Positions 27,867 through 39,978 of a stretch of DNA of 64,000 nt are shown here, piece by piece. Position 1 is the stretch's first letter. Each line of letters opens with the position of its first letter. The notes beneath the pieces were generated by a model that was given only the letters and a program-made list of their open reading frames with translations, did no database searches and was not told the origin of the DNA. A program made the translations under genes and the position numbers. The stretch spans positions 14,694,001 to 14,758,000 of the forward strand of contig OX597833.1 in NCBI GenBank assembly GCA_951406725.2. Direction: 5' to 3'. This DNA is from Octopus vulgaris (taxonomy: Eukaryota).

Positions 27867-28279
27867 AGGAGTGGCTGTGTGGTAAGTAGCTTGTCTACCA
27901 GCCACATGGTTCCGGGTTCAGTCCCACTGCGTGGCACCTTGGGCAACTGTCTTCTATTATAGCCTCGGGCCGACCAAAGCCTTCTGAGTGGATTTGGTAG
28001 GCAGAAACTGAAAGAAGCCCGTCGTATATATGTATATATATTTGTATGTGTGGGTATATGTTTCTGTGTCTGTGTTTGTGTCTGTGTTTGTCCACCTTGC
28101 TTGACAACCGATGCTGGTGTGTTTATGTCCCCGTTACTTAGCGGTTCGGCAAAAGAGACCGATAGAATAAGTACTGGGCTTACAAAAGAATAAGACCCGG
28201 GGTCGAGTTGCTCGACTAAAGGCAGTGCTCCAGCATGGCCGCAGTCAAATGACTGAAACAAGTAAAAGAGTAAAGAGTA
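27867..28279 (+). mobile_element. SINE family A, full length
   Basis: Matches consensus. Confidence 0.9.
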
Positions 28280-28648
28280 AACTATGAGAAGTAAAATTTA
28301 CAATACTGCTGCACTCTAAATGTGTGGTCTATGACAGGTATAAATTGAAGGCAACATATCGTGAAATCGATAGAAGTGGTACACGCAAGTGCGGGCGTAG
28401 CTGTGTGGTAAGACGCTCGCTGCCAAACCACATGGTTCCAGGTTCATTTTCACTACTGCGTGGCAACTTGGGCAAGTGCCTTATGCTATACCCATGGGCC
28501 GACCAAAGTCTTGTTAATGGATTTGGTAGAGGGAAATTGAACGAAACCCTTTGTCCTGAGCGTTATACTAATACATCTGTTTGTTTTGTACACCACCTGT
28601 CTTCGTCTTTTGTTTTTTCGTAAACTTTCCCTATATACATACATACAG

Positions 28649-28733
<85 letters not shown>

Positions 28734-29551
28734 AGTATGTATACATTAGGGGGTAGGCATTGAAAAGGTAGCTTTCGAAATTGGTAATCAAGAATCGATA
28801 TTGCAAATTGGGGTTAAAGGAAAGATGTACGAGGAACTTTGCTGTTAGATATTTTCTTCAGGTCCCGCAAAGCAATTGAAAATTTTAAAAATCGCTGTTT
28901 TGTTCAAGGTTTTTGATTACATGGATAGGAAATCGTAAAGAATACATATTTGTACATAGCAGAATGCAGAACCGTAAATATGGTGTCCTTAATAGGCTGT
29001 ATACCAAGTTTCAATACAATTGAATAATATCTTGACTATAAAAAATAAAAGGGAGTGTGAACTATAAAGCTAAGGAGAGTGTGAACTTCTCTCCCTTGTC
29101 GCTGGAACGGTCATGGCTCGTTGATGTATATCGCAAGTGTGTGAAGTTTTCTGCTTTGACCTTAATCAGGCCGTTGTATTAAAAATAATGATCGTGTTAA
29201 ATTTAGTGTTGTTTACATTTAGTGATGACTCATAAGCCAATTGAATGTCCAATATTTGGTACCCCATGTGATCTTAGCGAGGGAGTTTTGCCAACAAACA
29301 AGGACGTAATAAAACGTGTTTTATTTGAACGACAAGAAGAAAAGAATGTTGTTAAGAAAGATCTTTCAATTAAATAAATTGTCAGGATTGTAGCAGAGAA
29401 GATTTGTCTTCTTTGGCAAAAAGCATTCGTCCCTTGTTACGATTGAGTCAGTTAAACCGAAAATCTTAACCTTTTATCTAAAGTACCTAGCATTACCAAC
29501 ATCTGTGAAACATAGAAAAAATATGCCATCGTCTCAAACAAAGTGTAATAT

Positions 29552-29982
29552 AGGTATCTTCCTGGGGCTGCAAACTACAGTAGCATCCACCCTTAGGGGT
29601 TAGCCATATTCAAATGGCAAATATGCGTCACGATGTGTTACCGCTACTGTTTATAACTCGCTCTGAGATTTGTCATTGTTTGATTTCACTTTTTCAATAT
29701 CAGTGTCAATCGACACTGGAAAAAGTATATGTATTTGTGAGGGAAACTGAATTCTCGTCGACAACTATGCTTGTCGCACGCCGATGATAGGTCAATACCT
29801 TGAAACTCGAGTCCGGTGTATCATAAGTTGAAGACGGGAAGGATGACTTCCCTTCACAAATACTGATAGGGCACAGAAAGTGTGTCTATAGCCAGCTGGA
29901 GGAGGTATCTTCCTGGGGCTACAAACTACAGTAGCATCCACCCTTAGGGGTTAGCCATATTCAAATGGCAAATATGCGTCAC
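29552..29982 (+). mobile_element. Retrozyme-like insertion (351-nt monomer plus 80-bp terminal redundancy, hammerhead, TSD)
   Basis: 29552-29631 repeated at 29903-29982; (AC)AAAGTGTAATAT on both sides; no ORF; extensive hairpins. Confidence 0.75.
29776..29819 (+). ncRNA. Minimal type I hammerhead ribozyme (U4C variant)
   Basis: GCACG CCGATGA T AGGT CAAT ACCT T GAAAC TCGA GTC CGGTGT; palindromic helix III ACTCGAGT. Confidence 0.7.
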
Positions 29983-30574
29983 AAAGTGTAATATGTTTAT
30001 GAACAATGCAAAAAAAGATTTCACATTTCCTGTTGTAAGTGCAACTCCCTTAAAAACTGAAACTGCAATTGAAGTAGAGACAAAAAATACCACATGGAGA
30101 ACAAAATTATTTACAGTATCAATGGACAATCAAAAATTGATCATTGGCAGAAAACATGAAGCAGTATATAAATAGAATGTTCAGAGACTGATTAGAAAGA
30201 ATCGGCCATATCATGGTCAAGCTTCTACTTCAGCAAAGGATTCTGAGATGTTAATCATTTTTAGCACCAAAATGTGTGAAGAGTCAAAATTTGGCATACA
30301 CGGAATTTTATTTTAATCTATGTGTAATCTAAAACACATGTGATATATATTCGGTGACGTTGTATTAAAAATAATGAAAACGAATTCGAAGAATCTATAT
30401 ATTTCACATAATTTCGAAATTTAAGATCGTTGCGGAGCCTGAAGATATAAATTAGAGAGCTTAGAATTTTAACAGTCTTGTTTTCTAATGATGTTGCAAA
30501 CGAAATTAAATTCGTCACAATGATTGCAAAAATAAAATGAAGAAATGCAAACGAGTTATAAATTTATTTTTCGA

Positions 30575-30846
30575 TCATTATTCAAAGTTCCAAGTGGGCT
30601 GCAGAGACTGGGGATATAAATTTAAGATCTTCTGATTTTAACACAGTTGTTTTGAAATAATTTCGCAATAGAAAATCTATTTGGAACTATATAGAGTAGG
30701 GGAAGATTCCAGATGAACCTACATCAGGGTAAATAATCAAACTCCTTCCTTCACTAAAAGCCAATAACAAGAGAATGGTCATTGAAAATGTGATAATACA
30801 GGCGGTGCTCCAGCATGGCACAGCCTTTGGGCTGAAACGAATAAAG
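30575..30846 (+). mobile_element. CR1-group LINE 3' remnant carrying the SINE-A tail
   Basis: KIPDEPT..SNS motif followed by GGCGGTGCTCCAGCATGGC..GCTGAAAC. Confidence 0.55.
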
Positions 30847-31584
30847 GAACCAGGCAATAAAAGAATATATGTACCGGGATAAAAGTTGCATATTTGGAAA
30901 ACCTGTGTAAAAAGTACCTTTTTCGCTCCACCCTAATACACGTGTGTGTGTTTGTCTGTATATGTTTGGGTGTGTATTTGTGAGTCTGTGCATCCTTGTG
31001 TGTCTGTTTGTGTTTGTGTGCTCCAGCACTGCTTGACAAGTATATTGGGATGAGTAACACGGGAAATATTAGCTGTGCATACAAAGGTTCACCTTTATAA
31101 ATACTTTACGGAGGCGAGCCGAGATGGCGCTGACGTTTAAATAACTCTGGTTAGCTACCGAGCGACAAAGATGCTGATAACATTTTATCAATTTCTTGCA
31201 AGCTAGAGAATGGTTGGGAGCCAATATGTCTTAGATTGAAGACGCCTTACTACTGCTAACCGTTTTAAGAAATGTTTGGTTTCAATCAACCATTCTCCCT
31301 ATCAATCTTAATGAAATATTTTTGCGACGCCAAGGAATTTACCAAAAGAACTTAGAATTGTTCCAGACTCATTGCATCGGGAACGACTTTTCCAGAAATT
31401 TGGAATTTTGTGTTTTGGCGACTGCATAACTCACTTTGAGAGTAGTAATGACACTGCCATGACACTGCATCCTTTAAGGCCCTCATGCTTTCCGAAATCC
31501 GCCGAAACTACACCTGATTATATATATACACTTTAGATGAGTTGTAGTGCACCTGAGCACTGTACACAATTATTATTATTATTA

Positions 31585-31646
<62 letters not shown>

Positions 31647-31985
31647 TAATCCGTAAAGTATTACTGGCCCCTTCTTTGAACCTATTACATCATTACTACA
31701 CGAAATCATGGTAGAAAACCTCCAGGGAAAATATAAAACAACGGAGGTAGATCCCACTGCAGTTGGTTCACGAACCTTATCAGATTCCAATATCAGCTAC
31801 GCATACAATTTCATTTAATTTCGGATTATTGTCTCCTTGCTATTTCAAACGATATCAGAATAAATAAAATCAACGACGATCTCAAGGAGAATGTTAGAAA
31901 TTCTTTTAATCTAATGTACTGAATTACCTTGTCAATTGTTGCAAACGCAAAGCAAATAAATGAAATATATCTTGTAAAGTCTGTG

Positions 31986-31986
<1 letters not shown>

Positions 31987-32074
<88 letters not shown>
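31987..32074. repeat. (TATC)n microsatellite
   Basis: Directly visible; resumes at 32638-32660. Confidence 0.95.
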
Positions 32075-32636
32075 GAAAAGGAAAGTGAGAGTAGAGAGGC
32101 AAGTTTTGTCTAGCGAATGTTTTAAAAAAAGATGGGTGAATGTAGCAAGGATGGCACGTATGAATGACGAAGCCACCTTGAGCATAGTCCTATGAACCCA
32201 GAAATTGAAAACAGAGGGTTACCCACTTGCAAACAAATGTGGTAACATATAACAATATTGACCAAGGTTACCGTGGTCTTTTTCGTAGGCTTTTCTTCCG
32301 ACGGATAAACCTTACTTGCTTTCCCCTTTACACCATATATCATAACACTGTGATACACTATCCCTATTGATCGTTCCTTTTTTTTCCTCTTCCCCTTTTT
32401 CTTCTTTTTTCATTTCTCTTTTCTTTTGTTCCTTTCCCTTTCTTTTTTTTCTTTTATTCTTTTTCTTTTTTATTCTACTTTTTTTCTTTTTTTCTTTTTT
32501 TTGTTCTTTTCTTCCCTTTTACGATCCCTCTTGATCGAAAACCTACGCCACCCCCTTTTTTTCATCCCCCAAAAGAAAAGCTCTACCTTGTAACTTGTCC
32601 CATCTGTGTGCAGCCCTGTGTGGCCAATAAAGAAAC
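32075..32636 (+). mobile_element. 5'-truncated Tx1/L1-clade-like LINE (ORF2 end, pyrimidine-rich 3'UTR, AATAAA)
   Basis: KRKVRVERQVLSSECFKKRWVNVARMARMNDEATLSIVL*; homologous to 5450-5730. Confidence 0.65.
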
Positions 32637-32688
32637 TTATCTATCTATCTATCTATCTATTTATACATTTCTTCTTATATATATATAT

Positions 32689-32979
32689 GGCGCAATGGCG
32701 CAATGGCCCAGTGGTTAGGGCAGCGGACTCGCGGTTGTAGATTCCCAGATCGAGCGTTGTGACTGTTTATTGAGCGAAAATACCTAAAGCTCCACGATGC
32801 TCCGGCAGGGGGTGGGGCTGGCGATCCTTGTCGTACTCGTTTGGCACAACTTTCTCTCACTGTTCCTTCTGTTGGCCTGCCCGCTTAGCCAGCGAGCTGG
32901 CGTCATTTGAAGGCTAAAACAATGCGAAGCGCATTGTGACCAGCGATGTGTAGCAATATCTGCTAGCCTTGTCGGTCAC
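32689..32979 (+). mobile_element. SINE family G, tail type 2
   Basis: GGCGCAATGGCCCAGTGGTTAGGGCAGCGGACTCGC head. Confidence 0.8.
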
Positions 32980-33015
<36 letters not shown>

Positions 33016-33173
33016 ATATATATATATATATATATATTTGCGTGTGTGTGTATATATACATTGTTACCCGATTAGCGTATTGAATTGCAAGTGTTTGTAT
33101 GTATGTAAACACAAACACACACAAACTAGTTACTTTATTCATTGCCCGGTGGTCGCTTATAAGCTTTAAGCTT

Positions 33174-33540
33174 ATATAGATGTTTTCGATCTAGTTTGGA
33201 TTCTTTGCCTTCAAATTTGAATTCCTTGCAATCAAGTTTGAATTTTTCAATTGATGCTCAAGCCTTGAAAAAAAATGAGTTAAACTACACCAGCCGTAAT
33301 GGAATACATGTCTATCTTATCTAACTCGAACAGTAGAGCCCACCAATTGACATCTGAAAAGTTCGATGAAATAACTCATTAACACTGCGATAGCGTCTAC
33401 CAAAAGATTACGTGGACCGGTCTGAGATAATAAACGAAAGATTCTTTTTCTATTATCTCCCAAAAGAAAAATTCCAATTTGATTGCAATGAATTCAAATT
33501 TGATGGCAAAGAATCCAAATTAGATCGAAAACATCTATAA
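33174..33540. mobile_element. MITE-like element with ~70-bp terminal inverted repeats
   Basis: TATAGATGTTTTCGATCTA..TTGCAATC versus GATTGCAA..TAGATCGAAAACATCTATA. Confidence 0.7.
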
Positions 33541-33594
33541 AATACTATTATTATTATTTACAGAATTGTAAAAATCAACACTGCTTAACAAACT

Positions 33595-33639
<45 letters not shown>

Positions 33640-33641
<2 letters not shown>

Positions 33642-33878
33642 TTAGATAACTTAGATATGTTTCGACCAAAGATTGGTCCAGGCCATGTCTAACTTAATAG
33701 CACCACCTGTTAGGATTATTCGAATCCTGTTTAAGTCAAGTTTTGTTCAAGTAGTGAGTTCTTGTTGGGTGAGTTGTATCCAATTATGGGTGGCTTATCT
33801 GGTATTCTTTGAAGGAATCTATCCAGACTCCGTTTAAAGTTGATGGGATCCTTTTCCGCTTTGATCTCCCTCGGGACG
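33640..33878 (-). mobile_element. CR1-group LINE 3' end (ORF2 C-terminus plus 3'UTR)
   Basis: VPREIKAEKDPINFKRSLDRFLQRIPDKPPIIGYNSPNKNSLLEQNLT*, then hairpin-GAAAC and (TATCTAAGT)2 tail. Confidence 0.7.
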
Positions 33879-35179
33879 TCAATTCCTAAAAACAAAATCG
33901 TGAAGTAAAATTATGTAGCAACACCAAATGACGGTGCCCCAGCATGGCCACAGCTCTTGAACTGAAACTAGATAGAAAAAAGAAATATATATGTGTGTGT
34001 GTGTTTATGTATGTATATATACAGATTAAAAGTTTTTGATTGACATTATAAATGATGATAAATAACAGGATTCTATAGAAATGACGAAGAAATCATTAAT
34101 AGACTATCGCAAATATATTTTTAACAATCGGAAGTTAACCAATAACCGGTCAAGTCTTGATATTTAGAATAATATTAATAGCCAACTAATGATCGCAAAA
34201 TAAGCCATTTCCATAATCAAATTCACATGGATTCATTAAAAGAGATAAACAGCAACAATCATATATGTAATGTACAGAAATATCATTAAATGCTTTCGAA
34301 AGTTCACTTTATTACTATATAAACAGAATGCTATAAAACTAATATTGAAAGATAATCAATTTGGAAAGCATCAATTAGCTGAGACTCGTTATGGCGGAAA
34401 TTAAAAATTAAGATAAAAATTGATGTCAAGATCATTTCCTATGCAATACCGCTACTGGTAACCAATTATTAAATGTAAACTTGGAAAAAATAATGTTTTT
34501 TAAAGCAGCAATTAATCTTTAATTGTTTCCGCCTGAACCATAGGACATATGTTTGCTTTGCGCAACCTAATGTTACGTTTTTCGTTAATGTTATTTCTTA
34601 AAAAAATAAAGTAATCTTCGGGAAATATCACACACAAACACAAACACACACATACACTCACTCATACACACACGCACAAACACAAACACACACATACACT
34701 CACACATACACACACGCACAAACACAAACACACACACACAAATTAAAATTGAATGTTTTTATTTACGATTTAGAATTCTTAATTGATTGCTATTTCTTGC
34801 TATACATTATTTCCATCATTTAAAAACTGTAAATTATTTGCAGAATACTTATCTGTTGTCTATAAAACCCATTTCGAGTTACGCAAGAATACTGTTTGCT
34901 TTTTAAGCTGTAGATATCGGTCTTTTCAAAAAACTACTTTGATTCAGCCAACCATTGTCTTTCAACAAGGAAACTTAAAGTACACTTAGATAGAAATCTC
35001 GTGTCATAAGGAATGTTCGGAATCCTGTCCTTTCGAGACAAGGTCGTTTCTCTAAAACTAATGCCAATATACAACACAGTTTGTCATCGGAGGAAGAGAA
35101 GTAGGTAGATGTGATTGGGCGACATAATGAATCTCATCATTGCTGAACAGACAGTTTCCATAAGGCAGTTTCAATCCCT

Positions 35180-35554
35180 ACTCTTTTACTCTTTTACTCT
35201 TTTACTTGTTTCAGTCATTTGACTGCGGCCATGTTGGAGCACCACCTTTTAGTACTTATTCTATCGGTCTCTTTTTGCCGAACTGCTAAGTTACGGGGAC
35301 GTAAACACACCAGCATCGGTTGTCAAGCAATGCTAGAGGGACAAACACAGACACACAAACACACACACATATACATATATATACATATATACAACAGGCT
35401 TCTTTCAGTTTCCGTCTACCAAATCCACTCACAAGGCATTGGTCGGCCCGGGGCTATAGCAGAAGACACTTGCCCAAGATGCCACGCAGTGGGGCTGAAC
35501 CCGCAACCGTGTGGTTGGTTAGCAAGCTACTTACCACACAGTCACTCCTGCGCC
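35180..35554 (-). mobile_element. SINE family A
   Basis: Reverse complement of consensus. Confidence 0.88.
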
Positions 35555-36020
35555 TAGCTGAAGATATTTCCTTTGAAATAAGACGTTAAATTTCTGGGAC
35601 GTAAGCACACAAAAAACATGGATCCCATAGCCTTCTATCCTGTAACATTATTAAACAAATCAAATATTGTCTAGCAGGTGACCATCTGACTCGTGCCGTT
35701 CTCTTTACGTCGGTTGCTGTTTGAGTGAGAAACGTATGTGTCATAATGAATGCAATCCGTGTTTCCGAAACCCGTAGTTGTAAGAGAAATGTCAAATGAA
35801 AAGGGTATGCCATTATATTTTCTACTTCAATTGCGTATTATATTAAGCACTAACCCACGATTTGTATGTGTGTGTATGCATGTACGTATGTATATGTTCA
35901 GCAATATAAGGAATGGCCATATAGGACATTCGACTCACTAGAAAGAGCAGCCAAAACTCATACCGCTAAATAGTTGTAATTCTGAAATAGAAAGAGAAAT
36001 AAAAACGTTTACCCCTTTCA

Positions 36021-36116
36021 TCTCTGGACTATGCATAGTTTCGGCAAAACTTTGGCAAATGAATTAATTAAATTAAATTAAATTCATTTACAGCTGGCGT
36101 GCCTCGTCAGCAGAGA
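36021..36116 (-). ncRNA. Canonical type I hammerhead ribozyme
   Basis: TCTCTG CTGACGA GGCA..(long AU stem)..TGCC GAAAC TATGCATA GTC CAGAGA; all core nucleotides and three helices intact. Confidence 0.85.
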
Positions 36117-36939
36117 GCCTAGGATGAGTATATGTCCACGAGGCTATGGTAAAGAAGCCTCCAGTCACATATGCCCTAAATTTTCAAATCTTACCGCAAT
36201 CGCGCGGTCTACTCAGCAGCAAATATAAACTGCTGATTTAATTTCAAAATTAGCCATTCCTTATATTGTTGAATGTATATTATATAGTCTGACTATTTTT
36301 TCTTTCTCACTAGATCGCTGGTACCGGAAAATTTTTTCTAGAATTTTTTGCTACCCTTATATTTATTAATACGTATGTATATCTATGCTTCTATGTATGC
36401 GTATATGGGTATGCATACATGTATGTATATATACGAATGTATATATGAAAGAATGTATGTACGCTTGTATGTATTATGTATGTGTGTATGTATGTGTATA
36501 TATGTTTGAATGAATGCATGTATGTATGTGTATGTATGCATGTGTAAATGAATGTATCTATGCATGTATGTATGTATGTATGTATGTATGTATGCGTGTA
36601 TGTATGTGTATGTATGTATGAATGTCTATGTATGCATATATGTATTTATTTATGTATGTATGACTGTATGTATGTATTACATTGCAACACCCTATACTTA
36701 AAACTGAAATATGCGAAATATAATATTTGTACCCGTTTATCGAAAGCCATACTCGATTCTCTTCGCGTTCAAACATAACCCAATATTTGTATTAACTGAT
36801 TGAAATAGTTTTGCCGTTGTTCCTACATTCTTTAAACCCACAGAAGCAATTATTACCCAGGGCTAAATTACAATTCATTTTGATGTAATTAACATATGGC
36901 AGTAGGGTTGCACATGTTCTATGAATTCTATAGGAGAAA

Positions 36940-37716
36940 AGGCGGCGAGCTGGCAGAAACGTTAGGACGCCGGGCGAAATACTTAGCGGTATTTCGTCTG
37001 CTGTTACGTTCTGAGTTCAAATTCCGCCGAGGTCGACTTTGCCTTTCATCCTTTCAGCGTCGATAGATTCAGTTCCAGTTACGCACTGGGGTGAATGTAA
37101 TCAACTTAATCCGTTTGTCTGTCCTTGTTTGTCCCCTCTATGTTTAGCCTCTTGTGGGTAATAAAGAAATAGGTATTTCTTCTGCCGTTACGTTCTGAGT
37201 TCAAATTCCGCCGAGGTCGACTTTGCCTTTCATCCTTTCAGGGTCGATAAATTAAGTTCCAGTTACGCACTGGGGTCGATGTAATCAACTTAATCCGTTT
37301 GTCTGTCCTTGTTTGTCCCCTCTATGTTTAGCCCCTTGTGGGTAATAAAGAAATAGTTATTTCGTCTGCCGTTACGCTCTGAGTTCAAATTCCACTGAGG
37401 TCAACTTTGCCTTTCATCCTTTCGGGGTCGATTAAATAAGTACCATTTACGCACTGGGGTAGATATAATCGACTTAATCCGTTTGTCTGTCCTTGTTTGT
37501 CCTCTCTGTGTTTAGTCCCTTGTAGGTAGTAAAGAAATAGGTATTTCGTCTGCCGTTACGTTCTGAGTCCACATTCCGCCGAGGTCGACTTTGTCTTTCA
37601 ACCTTTCAGGGTCGATAAATTAAGTTCCAGTTACGCACTGGGGTAATCAACTTAATCCGTTTGTCTGTCCTTGTTTGTCCTCTCTGTGTTTAGCCGCTTG
37701 TGGACAGTAAAGAAAT
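36940..37716 (+). mobile_element. SINE family B tandem array (one head plus four ~184-bp body units)
   Basis: Units start near 36990, 37173, 37358 and 37542. Confidence 0.88.
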
Positions 37717-37735
37717 AGAATTCTATAGTGAATAT

Positions 37736-38108
37736 ACTCTTTTACTCTTTTACTCTCTTACTTGTTTCAGTCATTTGACTGCGGCCATGCTGGAGCACCA
37801 CCTTTAATCGAGCAACTCGACCCCGGGACTTATTCTTTTGTAAGCCCAGTACTTATTCTATCGGTCCCTTTTGCCGAACCGCGAAGTAACGGGGACATAA
37901 ACACACCAGCATCGGTTGTCAAGCAATGCTAGGGGGACAAACACAGACACACAAACACACACACGCATATATCTATATACATATATAAGACGGGATTCTT
38001 TCAGTTTCCGTCTACCAAATCCACTCACAAGGCTTTGGTCGCAGTGGGATGACCCCGGAACCATGTGGTTGGTTAGCAAGCTACTTACCACACAGCCACT
38101 CCTGCGCC
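37736..38108 (-). mobile_element. SINE family A (internal deletion)
   Basis: Reverse complement of consensus. Confidence 0.88.
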
Positions 38109-38974
38109 AATATATTTGGTTTTCTTTTTCAAATTTTATGACTGTATCATGACGAATGTGCTATGTATTACATACGAAATATGTCGTCTTGTTTGATAGA
38201 TCTACTCTATTTATTACTTACTGTGAACAGAAAGTATAATACAAGAGTAATTTGTTTCCAGCTTTTATTACGCAGAAACGCTATCAACTACGAATTCCCA
38301 ATTTCCGACATTTTGTACAATTGTTACCGACTGTTGATATAGTATTCACATCCAGGGTAGGCTTCAACTGAAGCATGTGATTATGACTAATGTTTTGCTA
38401 ATACCGATAATTTTTCTGTTTTTAGTAGGATTTGCACGACGTGTGTTTGCACTAACTGACATTTTTAGAACCTTAGATTTGACATTCCGTTCTTTCACTT
38501 TGGCTGAATATTGGATTTAGCCTAGAATCACTTCCTGTTTACAGAGCTCAGAAATTAAATTAAGGAAAGCAAGACATGACAGTTAAGTCACTAAAATTGA
38601 AGCAACTCTTCGTTAATGCACTGCTTATATAATAAAACACAAGAATTTATACTATAGGGCTAAAGTAGGTTGTAACCATAATCCTTCCTCGTTGGTAAAG
38701 TACAGAACAAATATTTACATTACAATGAACTTATTCTTTAATTCTTTTACTTGTTTAAGACTGTGGCAATGCTGGAGCACCGCCTTAAAGGGTGTTTTTT
38801 TAAGTCGAGGAAAGCATAGTTCGTATTGTATCGGTCTGTTTTGCCGAACAGCTAGAAAACTGGGGCGTAGACGCACAAACAATGCTTGTCATGCGATGTT
38901 GGGGGAAAACAGGCACAGTGACACACAGACACACACACACACACACATACGTACATACATATCACGTGACCGCT

Positions 38975-39978
38975 AAACATTCCGTCCGGCGTGCTCACAA
39001 TTCTGCCAGTTCGCCTCCTTCTTTTCTACTCTAGGCAGAAGGCCCGAAAATTGTTTTGGGGTGGGTGGGGGTGGGGAAGGTACCAGTCTATCATATCAAC
39101 TTTTGTACGCAACTGGTACTTAATTTATCAACCACAAGAGGATGAACGGCAAAGTCGACCTCGGCGGAATTTGAACTCAGAACTTGAAGACGTACGAAAT
39201 GCCACTAAATATTCTACCCGGTGTGGTAATGATTCCGCCAGCTCGCCACCTTTAACCAAATTCTTTTTTACTCTTGGCACAAGGCCCGAAATTTTTGGGG
39301 TGGGGTGGGGAAGGTTCTTGTCGATCAGATCGACCTCAGTACGGAACTGGTACTTAATTTGTTGACCCCGAGAGGATGAACGGCAAAGTCGACCTCGGCG
39401 GAAATTGAACTCAGAACGTAAAGACAGACGAAATATCTATTTCTTTACTACCCACAAGGGGCTAAACATAGAGAGGACAAACAAGGACAGACAAACGGAT
39501 TAAGTCGATTACATTGACCCCAGTGCGTAACTTGTACTTATTTAATCGACCCCGAAAGGATGAAAGGCAAAGTCGACCTGGGCGGAATTTGAACTTAGAA
39601 CGTAACGGAAGACGAAATACGGCTACGCATTTCGCCTGGCATGCTAACGGTTCTGCCAGCTTCCAAATATTCATACATACATTCATATATACATAAATGT
39701 ATGCAAATATATATACACATACATACATGTATACATATACATACGTACATGCATACACACACATACATACATGTGTGTGTATGCATGTGTGTGGGGTGGG
39801 GTGGGGGCCAGTCGATCAGATCGACCGCAATACGCAACTGGTACTTGATTTATCGATCCCGAGAGGATGAACGGCAAAGTTGACCTCGGCATAATTTGAA
39901 CTCAGAACGTAAAGAGAGACGAAATAAACGCTAAGCATTTCGCCCGGCGTGCAAACCTTTCGGCCAGCTCTCCGCCTT
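38975..39978 (-). mobile_element. Cluster of SINE family B copies
   Basis: Repeated CGCAACTGGTACTT..GATGAA(A/C)GGCAAAGTCGACCTCGGCGGAATTTGAACTCAG. Confidence 0.8.

Larger units (their letters stand above)
29240..30175 (+). pseudogene. Degenerate DNA-transposon transposase N-terminal region, interrupted by insertion
   Basis: CPIFG..LPTNKDVIK..LWQKA and FHISCCKC..C..KIP..E..L.YQ..IIG pattern; frame continuous once 29552-29994 is removed; superfamily not assigned. Confidence 0.5.
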
